A DNA stretch of 64,000 nucleotides from Candidatus Euphemobacter frigidus (GCA_030765805.1 JAVCDH010000111.1:5424-69423), one strand, 5' to 3'; counted from the first letter of the stretch, positions 1-10,723 are shown. Notes: generated by a model not told the origin, from the sequence alone. Numbers and translations: made by a program.

Positions 1-1
1 T

Positions 2-529
2 ATCTTCGTTCCCGGCACCCCCCGTTTTCAGGATATCGAGAGCGTCCAAAAACTCACGAAACTTCTCCCCCCTGATCTTCGGTCGGTAGGGGTCTTCTTG
101 GATGAAGAACCGGCGAAAGTTCGAAAGGCGGCGGAGATCTGCGGTCTCGACATTCTCCAGTTTCACGGCCGGGAAACGCCGGAGTACTGCAGTCAGTTCG
201 GCCTCCCCTACTTCAAGGTGATCAGGATTACCGGGGCGATTGACGTCGAACTCTTAACCGGATACCACCCGGAGGCTTTTCTTCTGGATACATTCTCCAA
301 AGAGAACGCGGGAGGTACCGGCCGAACCTTTGACTGGACCGTGGCCCGCCGGGTGATACAATCCGGTACCAGGGTCATCCTGGCCGGCGGGCTCAACCCG
401 AAAAATGTCGCCCGGGCAATTAGAGAGGTCCACCCGTGGGGTGTGGATGTCTCTTCCGGAGTCGAGATTGCTCCGGGCGTAAAAGATCACGATAAGATGA
501 GACAATTCATAGAGGCAGCGCGAAGTTAA
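2..529 (+). CDS. trpF: phosphoribosylanthranilate isomerase, 5'-truncated by window edge
   Basis: Frame 2 is open from the window start. The translation GVFLDEEPAKVRKAAEICGLDILQFHGRE...ILAGGLNPKNV is the conserved TrpF core. It sits directly upstream of trpB-trpA. Confidence 0.85.
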   Translation: MFVPGTPRFQDIESVQKLTKLLPPDLRSVGVFLDEEPAKVRKAAEICGLDILQFHGRETPEYCSQFGLPYFKVIRITGAIDVELLTGYHPEAFLLDTFSKENAGGTGRTFDWTVARRVIQSGTRVILAGGLNPKNVARAIREVHPWGVDVSSGVEIAPGVKDHDKMRQFIEAARS

Positions 530-544
530 GACGCTGAATAAGAA

Positions 545-1741
545 ATGAATAAAGAACAGCGTAAAATCCCCGGCGATTATAAGTCCGCGCACCTGCTTGG
601 ACGTTTCGGGGGGCAGTACGTTCCCGAAACTTTGATGGCCCCACTTCGGGAACTTGAAGAAGCCTACCGCCTATTCAGCCGGGACCCCGGCTTCCGTAAC
701 CGCCTAAAATATCTCCTCTCCGATTACGCGGGGCGGCCGACTCCTCTTTACTTCGCCGAGAGGCTCTCGAAATATGCCGGAGGAGCGCGCATCTACCTGA
801 AGCGGGAAGACCTCTGCCATACCGGCGCTCATAAGATCAATAACTGTCTCGGCCAGGCTCTGCTGGCTAAGATGATGGGGAAGAAGCGGGTCATCGCCGA
901 GACCGGGGCGGGTCAGCATGGTGTCGCCACGGCTACCGCCTGCGCCCTGCTGGAACTCACCTGCGAGGTCTACATGGGAAGTGTGGATATCGAACGGCAG
1001 GCCCTCAATGTCTTCCGGATGGAGTTGCTCGGAGCCCGGGTCATCCCCGTCACCACCGGAAGCAGAACCTTGAAAGACGCTTGCAATGAAGCGCTCCGGG
1101 ACTGGGTCACCAATGTGGGAAACACTTACTATCTATTAGGCTCAACCGTCGGTCCCCGCCCCTACCCGATGATGGTCAGGAACTTTCAGACGGTGATCGG
1201 GAAGGAAGCAAAAGCCCAGTATAAAAAAGCCGAGGGCGGCCTCCCTGATTATCTGGTCGCCTGCGTGGGAGGAGGGAGCAACTCACTGGGGCTCTTTTAT
1301 CCCTTTATCAAGGACCCGGTCCGTTTCATCGGGGTGGAAGCGGGAGGCCGGGGACTGAAAACCGGGGAACACGCCGCCACCCTTCTCAAGGGCCGGCCGG
1401 GAGTACTCCACGGAAGCTTCAGCTATCTCCTTCAGGACCGAGACGGACAGGTGCGGCCGACCCATTCCATCTCGGCGGGCCTTGATTATCCCGGGGTGGG
1501 ACCGGAGCACAGCTACTTCAAAGAGAGCGGTCGAGCCGAATATGTGTCGGTGACCGATCGGCAGACCCTCCGGGCGGCGATCCTCTTAAGCCGCCGGGAA
1601 GGGATTATCCCCGCCCTGGAGAGCGCTCATGCTATTGCTTACGCGGTAAGACTGGCCCGGCGCTTAAAGCGTAATCAATCCATCATCGTCTGCTTATCCG
1701 GCCGGGGTGATAAAGATCTGGAGATTATACAAAAAGCATGA
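545..1741 (+). CDS. trpB: tryptophan synthase beta chain
   Basis: Carries the PLP-site motif HTGAHKINN and [10 protein letters not shown]. Length of 398 aa is typical for TrpB. Confidence 0.95.
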   Translation: MNKEQRKIPGDYKSAHLLGRFGGQYVPETLMAPLRELEEAYRLFSRDPGFRNRLKYLLSDYAGRPTPLYFAERLSKYAGGARIYLKREDLCHTGAHKINNCLGQALLAKMMGKKRVIAETGAGQHGVATATACALLELTCEVYMGSVDIERQALNVFRMELLGARVIPVTTGSRTLKDACNEALRDWVTNVGNTYYLLGSTVGPRPYPMMVRNFQTVIGKEAKAQYKKAEGGLPDYLVACVGGGSNSLGLFYPFIKDPVRFIGVEAGGRGLKTGEHAATLLKGRPGVLHGSFSYLLQDRDGQVRPTHSISAGLDYPGVGPEHSYFKESGRAEYVSVTDRQTLRAAILLSRREGIIPALESAHAIAYAVRLARRLKRNQSIIVCLSGRGDKDLEIIQKA

Positions 1742-1753
1742 ACATCGAACGTC

Positions 1754-1791
1754 CAACTTTCAACTTCGAACTTCGAACTTCGAACTTTTTT
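1754..1791. repeat. tandem heptamer array (CGAACTT x4-5) in the trpB-trpA spacer
   Basis: caactttcaacttcgaacttcgaacttcgaactt is read directly from the sequence between the trpB stop (1741) and the trpA start (1829). Confidence 0.9.
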
Positions 1792-1828
1792 CCTATCTTA
1801 TTACCCCTCTATTTTTTCAAGGCTTGAC

Positions 1829-2620
1829 ATGAATAAGATCGATGCCACATTTCAAAAACTCCGTTCAGAAAAATCAAAAGCCTTCATCGCCTATCTCACC
1901 GTCGGATTCCCGGATCTCGAGACCAATCTCAAGCTGATCCTGGAGATGGAGAGGCGGGGGGTTGACATCATCGAACTGGGGGTCCCCTTCTCCGATCCTA
2001 TCGCCGACGGCCTAACTATCCAGGCTTCCTCCCAGGCAGCTCTGGAACAAGGGACCACTCCCGGGGACGCTCTCAGATTGGCCTCCGAGATTCGATCCCG
2101 TTCATCCCTCCCCCTGGTCCTGATGGGCTACCTCAATCCCTTCCTCAGTCACCCGCCGGAACGATTGGCCGGCGAACTCTCCCGGGCCGGCATCGACGGG
2201 GTTATTATCCCGGACCTTCCCCCGGAAGAATCCGATTTCATTCTTGACCCTCTCAAGGAACAAGGTATCCACACAATCTCCCTGTTGGCTCCGACCAGCG
2301 GTATTGAGAGAATAAAACTGGTCAGCCGGAAGAGCGGAGGGTTTATCTATTACGTCTCCCGAACCGGGGTAACCGGGGCGCGAAAAGACCTCTCAAAGGG
2401 ATTAGTGGAGAGAATAATTGAGATCAAGAAGCTGGCCAACCTCCCCGTCTGCGTCGGCTTCGGCATCTCCACTCGGAGCCAGTTGCTCAAGATCTGGGAA
2501 GTAGCCGACGGCGTCGTCATAGGCAGCGCTCTGATCAGACCGTTTCTGGAGAGTTCGACAGCGTCGGGAGGGCTGAAAAAAAGTATCCAGGTGCTGGACC
2601 GGCTGCTTGGCAACGATTAA
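1829..2620 (+). CDS. trpA: tryptophan synthase alpha chain
   Basis: AYLTVGFPD...ELGVPFSDPIADG is the TrpA signature. 263 aa, immediately after trpB. Confidence 0.95.
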   Translation: MNKIDATFQKLRSEKSKAFIAYLTVGFPDLETNLKLILEMERRGVDIIELGVPFSDPIADGLTIQASSQAALEQGTTPGDALRLASEIRSRSSLPLVLMGYLNPFLSHPPERLAGELSRAGIDGVIIPDLPPEESDFILDPLKEQGIHTISLLAPTSGIERIKLVSRKSGGFIYYVSRTGVTGARKDLSKGLVERIIEIKKLANLPVCVGFGISTRSQLLKIWEVADGVVIGSALIRPFLESSTASGGLKKSIQVLDRLLGND

Positions 2621-2642
2621 TTTTTGCCTGAACCCCTGTTTG

Positions 2643-4016
2643 CTACTCTGCAGTTTGAATTGGCGCCAGCAGGAGTTTGATCTCGATCATGTCCTGGCAG
2701 GGATTCAGTATCGAGATTATGCCTGTCTCGCTCTCGAGCTCGCCTTCCGGCACCAGACTTTCTGCTTCGAAGCCTTCCGGAACGGCAATTCTGATCCGGG
2801 CAAAGTTGGTCTTCCGCTCGAAGTGCAACCGGCCGTCATCGTCAAGAAAGTATGACTCCGGCTTGATGAAGATACTCTCCATCACATACCGGTCCTTCTC
2901 CCGGGGATAAACTTTCCCCCCCCAGCTCCGCACCTCCACTGCCGGGGGTTCATCCGGGACCAACCTCTCGATAAGCGCGTCAAGGCTTTCCTTGTCGTAG
3001 GCCACGATATCTTCGATCGAGGTGGAACGGGTGGAAGAACCAACCTTGAAATCCGGGTGGTGGAACGAGGTGATAACCCCGAAGCTCCCGACATCATCCA
3101 GCAGCTCGTACTCCACCAGCGGCTTCCACTGCAGCGCCTCGAACGCCGCCGCCTCCATCACCTGGAGATAGACCGGGAGAGGTAAAGACGCCGGGAAGGC
3201 CGGTCCGATCCCGGCAGCCAGCTCTTCCGGGAGCCCCTCGACCGGGACCCCCATCGTTTTGACCGGCGAGTCTTCCGGAAGTCGGCAGACTCCCTCCTCC
3301 GTCTTTAAAAGCGGATCGAGGAATAGATTCTCACCATCGGGGGCTTCCGGCCGGAAGTCTTCCTCGTTCTCCCATAATATATTATTGAAAATATCCGGTT
3401 GGGACTCTTCGTCCCGGTTGATCCCGATTTCACAGAAGGCGATGATATTGTTCGCAATGGTGGAACGTGGTGACTTCCAGAACTTGAAACCTTCCCTCCC
3501 CGTGCAGACAAGATTATTAACCGCCAGAAGATACGCGGGGGCGCCATCGACCCCAACCGTCTTCCGATTTACCAAGATGATGTTGTTAATAATAACACAA
3601 TCCGCGGCGCATGCGCGGATCCCGCTCCCACTGTTTCCGGTGATGATATTCTCAAAGACACCTATCAGGCCACCGCTGATCTTAACCCCCTCGAGCCCGT
3701 TGGTGATGGTGAATCCCTTGATAACACTGCCGTCCTCGCCGACCACCACCGGCCCGGTCCCGCCGCCGTCCAGGATGGAGAGATCGGCCCCCGCTCCTTC
3801 CAGGATCACCCCCTTTCTCAGGATCAGGTTCACCCGGTAGGTCCCGGCCGGAACCCGGACAATATCCCCGGGGGCTGCTTCATCGACCAGTTCCTGGAGG
3901 TCAACAATCTGCCCCGGAAGCAAAGTTGATGCCGCCAGAAAGAACAAAACCACCGCAATTGTAAGAAGAGCATGCTTTATCATAATTCCAATACCTCCCA
4001 AGGTATTAATTTGCAT
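2643..4016 (-). CDS. secreted right-handed parallel beta-helix repeat protein (pectate-lyase/NosD-like fold)
   Basis: Has an N-terminal signal peptide followed by repeated G-x-G/N-N-I-I motifs (GFTITNGLEGVKISGG, NIITGNSGSGI, NNIILVN, IANNIIAF) typical of PbH1 beta-helix repeats. Confidence 0.6.
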   Translation of the reverse strand: MQINTLGGIGIMIKHALLTIAVVLFFLAASTLLPGQIVDLQELVDEAAPGDIVRVPAGTYRVNLILRKGVILEGAGADLSILDGGGTGPVVVGEDGSVIKGFTITNGLEGVKISGGLIGVFENIITGNSGSGIRACAADCVIINNIILVNRKTVGVDGAPAYLLAVNNLVCTGREGFKFWKSPRSTIANNIIAFCEIGINRDEESQPDIFNNILWENEEDFRPEAPDGENLFLDPLLKTEEGVCRLPEDSPVKTMGVPVEGLPEELAAGIGPAFPASLPLPVYLQVMEAAAFEALQWKPLVEYELLDDVGSFGVITSFHHPDFKVGSSTRSTSIEDIVAYDKESLDALIERLVPDEPPAVEVRSWGGKVYPREKDRYVMESIFIKPESYFLDDDGRLHFERKTNFARIRIAVPEGFEAESLVPEGELESETGIISILNPCQDMIEIKLLLAPIQTAE

Positions 4017-4082
4017 TTATTTAATATAACCTGTTGATTGTCAGAATGCAAGTAAAATAAATCGAAAAAAGAGTGACCGGTA

Positions 4083-7046
4083 TCATTCTCCTATCATCTG
4101 CTTCATCAACTCTTCAAAATCCCAGTCACCTATGGTTACCTCGACCTCTTCTTCCTTGCCGCTCCCTCCCCTCTCCACCGTGATTTTGATGCTGGTCCCC
4201 GGCTTACTCATCAAACCTTTCAAGAAACCGCCGGGGTCTTCGGAGAAAGTCTTGCCGTTGATCTTCAAGATCGCGTCCCCGGCGGTTAAGCCGCCTCTTT
4301 CGGCAGCTGACCCCGGCATGACTTCGGCGATCGGCAGCGATTTAAAAAATTGCTCACCTTCCATCTCCCCTATCCTGATCCCCAGGGAGGGAACAATATT
4401 CTGACGGCGCTCCCGTTCTTCTTTCTCCTCCGGGGTCAGCCTCTCAAGAGTGATCACGGGGATCTCCTTCTCTTCCCCGGCGGAGAGTAATATACCAGGA
4501 ACCTCCTCTGCCTTATAATCCTTCGCGCTCACGGTCAATGTGTAATCTCCCGGTGAGAGACCCTCCAGGCTGAAGCTTCCTTCCGCGTCGGTCATATCCA
4601 TACTGCCAGAAGAAAAGTCTCCCAACCCCATCCCTTTAATCCATACCCGGGCTTCTTCCAGCGGAGTGCCGTTCAGAATGCCGAACACCCGGCCGGTTAT
4701 CATGCTCTCCGGCTCGAGCGTGATCTCACCCAGGTCGGTCTCCTGCCCGGGTTCTATCTCAATCCCCTCAATCTTCTGGGTGGCCAGGCCGGGTGACCTG
4801 ACTGTCAGGTCATAGACACCGGGTCCCAGATTAGTGATTTTAAAGATACCGTCCCCCAGCTCAATGGTCTGGCGGGAGGAAAAGAAGATGAAGTCAAAAT
4901 CAAAGGGCCCCGCCTTCTGCTTTCGGGGGATCAGCGTTACCTCGGAGACCGGTTTCTTCCCGGCTCTCAGGAAGCGACCCCGGATAGAACCCGCGTCTTT
5001 CAATATAACAATAACCTCGTCTTGATCCACATCAACTCGCTGCCGCCGGGCGGTGACATATTCTTCGGCTTGAACTGAAATATATAATGGTCCGGCGGGT
5101 TCGTCCCGGAGGATGAAAGAACCCTGGGAGTCAGTGCTATTATCTCTTTCCATCGAGCTCATGATTACTGTAAAACCGTGCCCCTCTTCCTGGACGGAGA
5201 CCCGAGCCCCTTCCACCGCCTCACCACGGACATTCTTGACCAGAACCCGGAGATCACGCCCTTCTTTTAATACGATCCTGACTGTGCCCTTCGATTCTCC
5301 TTCTTCAAGCTTTACCTTCCGCCGCGACTCCATGCCGTAGCCGTCTTTCGAGACCTCGATCTTATAGTCAGCCGGAGGGAGATGATCGAAGCGGCAACTT
5401 CCCTTGACATCGGTGAGCTTCTTCCGTGCACTGATCGAGATGACCGACTCGCGGCGCGATGACCAATCGTCATCCAGAGAGACCATGGCTCCGACTACCG
5501 ACTCTCCTTCCTCGTTCTCCACCTCCACTTGCAGTGAACGCCCCGAACTTAATATTAAAACAATTCCTTCTACGGAATCCCGTTCCGGGGAGATGGAGAT
5601 CAACTCTCCCCGCGTTTGAGCGAACCCCTTCTTCCGGGCGGCTAATTTTATCTCCCCCTCCCCTTCCGAAAAGAAGGGCAATGTGAAACAACCGGCGTCA
5701 TCGGATTGAGTTTTTTGTCTATAGTTGCGTTGAAACCTTTTCTTGCCCGGCCGCCGGAAGAAGACCATAATCTCCGAGCCGGAGACCGCTTCTCCTTCTT
5801 CATCAACGACCATACCGTTGAAGGTTATCTTCCGTCCGGGATCGAACTCCAATCGCACACCGGTCAGATTCTCCCCGGCGGTTAGCCGGATTTTCTTCTC
5901 AACCCGGTATTTCGAATAAGGATCCGACCACCAACGAGCTTTTAATTCATATTCCCCTCCCGGCATCGCCCGAAATTGGAACTCTCCTTCTTCATCGGTA
6001 GTATCGCTTTCTTTTTTCGTACTATCGACGGGAGAGAGCACAACTCTCACATTATTCAAGGGTAGTTCGGTTTCGGCCCCGGTAACCCGGCCGGAGATAC
6101 TCGCGCCCCTATAGACGGTCAATATAACCGGGACGGCCTCCTCGAGAGATACCGCTTCGATGTTTCTGACCCAATCGGATGTGTAATCTCTGTCTTTCAG
6201 ACGAAGATCATAGCCGCCTTTCTTTAAATCGGACACGCAGTAATTCTTCTCCGGGTCAATGGGTACCTTCCTGGAAGATGACTCCCACTTCCCTTTTCTG
6301 AACTCCAGTCTGACCGGAGATTCCAGACCATCAAGATCGCCCCGGAGGCTTCCCTTGATGACAAATCCTTCTCTCAGTGCTAGTCTGGTATCCTCCGTCC
6401 CGGTCCCCACATCTCTTTCTGTGCACTTGATATAACCGGGGAGGGAAGCACTGAGAGAGTAGATCCCTTCTTTCAAGCTTTTTATATCAAACCGCCCGCC
6501 TCCATCGGATACAATTTTCCGGTCGGTTGAACGAAAGAAGGGGATACTATCTTCTCCTACGGCCCAGTAGTTAATCTTGACTCCTGCCAGTGGCTGCCCT
6601 TTCTCATCCACCACCTGGCCGGAGATCACCCGCCCCGGATTCAACTTTATCTCCAGTTCCTTCATCTCCCCATCGCTCAAGACGGTTTCTTTCACCACCT
6701 CTCCTACCCAACCCTCCGCCGTGACCTCCACCCGGTAAGGACCCGGAGCAAGCTCCTTCTCAAAAAGGGTAGCGGAGAGCGCCTCGGGTTTAATCTCTCC
6801 AGACACGCCAGACACGCGGTAGGAAATTATCTTTTCTCTCTCCGGGCCTTTTAAAGCGAACAGAGAGACATTCACACCGGGCACCGGCTGGTCTAAAGTG
6901 GAGAGGACCTTGATCCGGAGCGTCGCGGAGACCGGTGGGGGCCCCGGCGAGGGGGATGCCAATGGTATGGGCCCGGTTAAACCGGTGGGGGAGATCAATA
7001 AGCCAAGTAACAGACAGGTATTACAACAGATGAAAATTTTATTCAT
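4083..7046 (-). CDS. large secreted protein with multiple carboxypeptidase-regulatory-like (CarboxypepD_reg) domains and a C-terminal PDZ domain
   Basis: Signal peptide MNKIFICCNTCLLLGLL. Contains repeated about 80-aa modules such as GxVVDEKGQPLAGVKI and GRVFG...ARVWIKG...GDYTLTVSAKDYK. The C-terminal PDZ is PGSAAERGGLTAGDAILKINGKTF. Confidence 0.6.
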   Translation of the reverse strand: MNKIFICCNTCLLLGLLISPTGLTGPIPLASPSPGPPPVSATLRIKVLSTLDQPVPGVNVSLFALKGPEREKIISYRVSGVSGEIKPEALSATLFEKELAPGPYRVEVTAEGWVGEVVKETVLSDGEMKELEIKLNPGRVISGQVVDEKGQPLAGVKINYWAVGEDSIPFFRSTDRKIVSDGGGRFDIKSLKEGIYSLSASLPGYIKCTERDVGTGTEDTRLALREGFVIKGSLRGDLDGLESPVRLEFRKGKWESSSRKVPIDPEKNYCVSDLKKGGYDLRLKDRDYTSDWVRNIEAVSLEEAVPVILTVYRGASISGRVTGAETELPLNNVRVVLSPVDSTKKESDTTDEEGEFQFRAMPGGEYELKARWWSDPYSKYRVEKKIRLTAGENLTGVRLEFDPGRKITFNGMVVDEEGEAVSGSEIMVFFRRPGKKRFQRNYRQKTQSDDAGCFTLPFFSEGEGEIKLAARKKGFAQTRGELISISPERDSVEGIVLILSSGRSLQVEVENEEGESVVGAMVSLDDDWSSRRESVISISARKKLTDVKGSCRFDHLPPADYKIEVSKDGYGMESRRKVKLEEGESKGTVRIVLKEGRDLRVLVKNVRGEAVEGARVSVQEEGHGFTVIMSSMERDNSTDSQGSFILRDEPAGPLYISVQAEEYVTARRQRVDVDQDEVIVILKDAGSIRGRFLRAGKKPVSEVTLIPRKQKAGPFDFDFIFFSSRQTIELGDGIFKITNLGPGVYDLTVRSPGLATQKIEGIEIEPGQETDLGEITLEPESMITGRVFGILNGTPLEEARVWIKGMGLGDFSSGSMDMTDAEGSFSLEGLSPGDYTLTVSAKDYKAEEVPGILLSAGEEKEIPVITLERLTPEEKEERERRQNIVPSLGIRIGEMEGEQFFKSLPIAEVMPGSAAERGGLTAGDAILKINGKTFSEDPGGFLKGLMSKPGTSIKITVERGGSGKEEEVEVTIGDWDFEELMKQMIGE

Positions 7047-7064
7047 TGGACACCCTCGAGTGAG

Positions 7065-7093
7065 TTGAGGTTTCCTTCTATCTGTATTATTAT
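7065..7093 (+). promoter_or_regulatory. candidate sigma70 promoter (TTGAGG-17-TATTAT) upstream of the DUF362 gene
   Basis: Read from the sequence. The 17-nt spacing is exact and the hexamers are plausible. No other support. Confidence 0.3.
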
Positions 7094-7152
7094 ATTCAAC
7101 CGGATAATTAAATCCATGTTAATATGTTAAAATCTTTCAATGGGAAAATCTT

Positions 7153-8292
7153 ATGCTCGTGACCATCGAACGCTGCTCGGCTTATTACGGGGATAATCCC
7201 CGACGGGCCTTATTGCGCGCGCTTGAGCCCCTGGGAGGAATCGAAGAGTTCGTCAAACCCGGGCAGAAGGTTCTGCTCAAGCCTAACCTGCTGAGAAAGG
7301 CGCGTCCGGAAGAAGCGGTGACCACCCATCCCTTGCTGATCAAGGCGGTGGTGGAGCTGGTCCAGGGGGCCGGAGGGAAAGCCGTGATCGGGGACAGTCC
7401 GGGGGCCGCTCTGGCCCACACCCGCAATACCTTGATCAAGCTCTACCGGGGGTGCGGCCTGGACCGCGTGGCGGATGAGACCGGGGCCGAACTTTCTTTT
7501 GATACCGGTTATCGGATAATCCCCCTGCCAAACGGCAAGACGGTGAAACGGATCGAGATTATTGACGCGGCCCTGAACGCCGATGTCATCATCAACCTCC
7601 CCAAATTCAAGACCCATAATTTCACCCTTCTGACCGGGGCCGTGAAAAATTGTTTCGGCCTGGTGCCCGGTCTGATCAAACCCGCCTACCACGCCAAGCT
7701 TCCGGACCTGGACGACTTCTCCTCGATGCTGGTGGATCTGATGGAGTTTGCCGATCCGGCCCTGACCATCGTAGATGGAGTCTGGGGGATGGAGGGGGAA
7801 GGGCCCGGGGCCGGAAAGTTCAGGGAGATGGGATTGATTGTGGCCGGCCGATCCCCGGCCGCGGTTGATGTCGTGCTGAGCCGGATCATGGGGATCGATC
7901 CCCTCTCGATCGCCACCATCCGGCAGTGCGTGGAGCGGGGATTGCTTCCGGAAGATCTCTCAGAAGTCGAGATCCGCGGGCTGGAACTTTCCGAAGCGAT
8001 TCAGAAGAACTTCGCGGTCCCGCCGGGAAAACCAATGGCCTTCCCTGCCTGGACCCGGCCCTTCATGCCAATTGCCAAATATCTCCTCACCACCCGGCCC
8101 CGGATCAATAAGAGACGATGTATCGGCTGCGGTGACTGCGAACGGGTCTGCCCGGTCGATATGATTACCATGGAGAATGGAAAGGCCCGGATTCACCTCT
8201 CCGGGTGCATCCGCTGCTACTGCTGTCACGAGACCTGCGCTCACCACGCCATCGACCTCATCCACCCCCTCTTCCAGCGCCTCTTCGTTTAA
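7153..8292 (+). CDS. DUF362 domain protein with C-terminal 4Fe-4S dicluster ferredoxin domain
   Basis: N-terminal region (MLVTIERC...KVLLKPNLL) resembles DUF362. The C-terminus carries two CxxCxxCxxxCP-type clusters (CIGCGDCERVCP, CIRCYCCHETC). Confidence 0.6.
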   Translation: MLVTIERCSAYYGDNPRRALLRALEPLGGIEEFVKPGQKVLLKPNLLRKARPEEAVTTHPLLIKAVVELVQGAGGKAVIGDSPGAALAHTRNTLIKLYRGCGLDRVADETGAELSFDTGYRIIPLPNGKTVKRIEIIDAALNADVIINLPKFKTHNFTLLTGAVKNCFGLVPGLIKPAYHAKLPDLDDFSSMLVDLMEFADPALTIVDGVWGMEGEGPGAGKFREMGLIVAGRSPAAVDVVLSRIMGIDPLSIATIRQCVERGLLPEDLSEVEIRGLELSEAIQKNFAVPPGKPMAFPAWTRPFMPIAKYLLTTRPRINKRRCIGCGDCERVCPVDMITMENGKARIHLSGCIRCYCCHETCAHHAIDLIHPLFQRLFV

Positions 8293-8338
8293 TCCCGGAG
8301 AAGACTACTCACCACTGACAAAAATTAGAGGCTGGCTG

Positions 8339-9709
8339 TTAGCTGGATTGGAAAGAAGGAGCAGATGATGAAGCCGATCCCAGGAGGTCTTCCATGGTCA
8401 GGTCGGCGGCGCCCTCGGCTAGAGATTTGTCCAGGATCTCTTCGATCCGCCAGACGGCCGGGGACTTTTTAAGCGTCGGGGGGATGATCTCGGGGCCTCC
8501 GGAATTACGGAGAACCTCTATTACCGTCTTGACCGTTAAAGCGCTTAGATCACGGGCCGGCTGATAGAGACGCTGGTTACCGGAAACCTCGTTGATCAAC
8601 CCTCCTTCCACCATCTCCTGGAGTACTTGATTGACCAGCCTGATCGGCACATCGAGTTCACCGGCCAGTTCCTCCACCCCGCCGGGAGGCTTGCCCTGCA
8701 AGAAACGGGAGCCGATCCGGACCAGGAGGTTGAGCGCCACCAGTTCCTGGTACGCCCAGCTCCGGGAGAGCGCGGTCTCTTCACCGTGGAAGGTGCGGAT
8801 ATTCTGAACCGCGAAGGAGATCTCCGCCCCTAAAAGGACGATATTCCAGCTGATATATAGCCAGACCAGGTTGATCGGGATCGAGGCCAGGGCCCCGTAG
8901 ATGTTGGCGTACTTCACGAAACCAACCTGAAAGGTTATGTACCCCCAGAGAGCAGCCTGCCAGACCAGGCCGGCGACCAGGCCCCCGATCAACGCGGCGT
9001 GGACCTTCACCCGGGTATTGGGCATAAAGATATACAGGAAAGAAAATCCCAGACAGATAAGCAGCCTATTGAGTGTCGCCCAGAATAAGACCTGAAGGGT
9101 GTGAAAATGCAGCACGGTGGCGAACAACTGGTTGGAGCGCAATACTCCGCCGATCGTGACTCCGGCCGCGATAAAAAGAGGCACGATCAGCAGCACGCTC
9201 AGATAGTCGCTGAACTTCCGCCAGATGGTGCGGGACCTTTGTACCCCCCAGATATGATTGAAGGAGAGCTCGATATTCCCCATCACAGAGATGATCGTCA
9301 CCACCAGCAGGACCAGGGCGGGGGGCCCCAGGGTTCCGGCCTTGATATTGTCGACGAAGGTGAATAAACGGGACCCGATCTCCTCATTCCCGAGAGCGAC
9401 TTTCTCGATCAAGAATGACTTCAGGGGGCTGATGTCCACTCCGAAGCCACCCCGGGCCAGGGAGAAAGCAAACGCCAGGAGTGGGACCACGGCGAGGAGA
9501 CTGGCAAAGGTGAGGGCGGAGGAGCGGAGCGGGCAACTGTCCTTCAAGAAACCCCTGACCACCAGGTAGACGATCTTGATCAGGCGGACCAGGAGCCGCC
9601 GGGCCCAGGAGAGAGTCGTGAGCTCAAGGGCCCAGATATCCCGGGTAAAGAAGTTAATATACCGGGTAATTGGAGAGACTGGATCGTTCTTTTTAGTTGA
9701 ATTTTCCAT
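8339..9709 (-). CDS. YihY/BrkB-family membrane protein with C-terminal winged-helix-like extension
   Basis: Multipass membrane protein with the YihY-family N-terminal stretch (RDIWALELTTLSWARRLLVRLIKIVYLVVRGFLKD...ALTFASLLAVVPLLAF). Start chosen at MENSTKK (9709). The longer ORF extending to 9964 overlaps the convergent dehydrogenase gene and is probably spurious. Confidence 0.6.
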   Translation of the reverse strand: MENSTKKNDPVSPITRYINFFTRDIWALELTTLSWARRLLVRLIKIVYLVVRGFLKDSCPLRSSALTFASLLAVVPLLAFAFSLARGGFGVDISPLKSFLIEKVALGNEEIGSRLFTFVDNIKAGTLGPPALVLLVVTIISVMGNIELSFNHIWGVQRSRTIWRKFSDYLSVLLIVPLFIAAGVTIGGVLRSNQLFATVLHFHTLQVLFWATLNRLLICLGFSFLYIFMPNTRVKVHAALIGGLVAGLVWQAALWGYITFQVGFVKYANIYGALASIPINLVWLYISWNIVLLGAEISFAVQNIRTFHGEETALSRSWAYQELVALNLLVRIGSRFLQGKPPGGVEELAGELDVPIRLVNQVLQEMVEGGLINEVSGNQRLYQPARDLSALTVKTVIEVLRNSGGPEIIPPTLKKSPAVWRIEEILDKSLAEGAADLTMEDLLGSASSSAPSFQSS

Positions 9710-9760
9710 GATATAATAAATGTCGCTTTCTCTTAATAATAAATATACATCTGGGGTGTT

Positions 9761-10723
9761 ATGAAGACAACCGTTTTTGTGAGCCGGAAGATCCCGCGAG
9801 CCGGGATCGATATCCTGGAAGAGGCTGGAATGGCAGTGGAAGTGAACCCGGAAGACCGGGTCCTGACGGCGGAAGAACTGATGGTGGGCTGCCGGGGTAA
9901 GGACGGCCTCCTCTGCCTCCTGACTGATACGATCGACCGGGCTTTTCTCAAAAAGATGTCCCAACTAAAAGGAATCGCCAACATGGCGGTCGGCTACAAC
10001 AACATCGATGTAAACGCGGCCGCCGAGAGGGGTATCCCGGTCAGCAACACCCCCGGGGTTCTCACCGAGGCTGCTGCCGACCTGACCTGGGCGCTCCTGG
10101 TGGCCACCGCCCGGCGGTTATCGGAAGCGGAACGCTACCTTCGGGCCGGAGAGTTCACCGGCTGGGGGCCGCTCCTCTTCCTGGGGGGCGATCTCCCCGG
10201 CCGGACACTGGGGATTATCGGAGCGGGGAGGATCGGGACCGCGGTCGGCGTGCGGTCACAAGGCTTCAGGATGAAGATTATCTATACCGACCCCAACCGT
10301 AACATGGTCCTGGAAGAAGAACTCGATGGACGGAGAGTTGAATTGGATACCCTCCTCGCGCAATCCGATTTCATCACCCTCCACGTCCCACTCACCGAAG
10401 AGACCCGGCACCTGATCGGGAGCCGGGAGTTGCGCCGGATGAAGAAGACGGCTTACCTGATCAACACCTCCCGAGGACCGGTGGTTGATGAAGAAGCCCT
10501 GGTCGAGGCCCTCCAATCGGGGGAGATCGCCGGGGCCGGGTTGGACGTCTTTGAGAAGGAACCCCATATTCATCCGGGGCTCTTATCACTCCCCAGCGCC
10601 GTCCTCCTCCCCCATATCGGAAGCGCCACCATCGAGACCCGGACCCGGATGGCGGAGATGGCGGCCCGGAACCTGGTGGCGATGATGAAGGGCGAACGTC
10701 CTCCCGACTGCGTCAATCTATAA
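9761..10723 (+). CDS. D-isomer-specific 2-hydroxyacid dehydrogenase (glyoxylate/hydroxypyruvate reductase-like)
   Basis: NAD-binding GIIGAGRIGTAVG motif. Catalytic-domain motifs HVPLTEETRHLIG and NTSRGPVVDE. 320 aa. Confidence 0.85.
   Translation: MKTTVFVSRKIPRAGIDILEEAGMAVEVNPEDRVLTAEELMVGCRGKDGLLCLLTDTIDRAFLKKMSQLKGIANMAVGYNNIDVNAAAERGIPVSNTPGVLTEAAADLTWALLVATARRLSEAERYLRAGEFTGWGPLLFLGGDLPGRTLGIIGAGRIGTAVGVRSQGFRMKIIYTDPNRNMVLEEELDGRRVELDTLLAQSDFITLHVPLTEETRHLIGSRELRRMKKTAYLINTSRGPVVDEEALVEALQSGEIAGAGLDVFEKEPHIHPGLLSLPSAVLLPHIGSATIETRTRMAEMAARNLVAMMKGERPPDCVNL

Noticed and set aside
9710-9964. N-terminal extension of the YihY/BrkB ORF (MGHLFEKS...) overlapping the dehydrogenase gene
   Set aside because: It is antisense to the well-supported 2-hydroxyacid dehydrogenase start region. 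A better start (MENSTKK) with the family-typical N-terminus exists at 9709.
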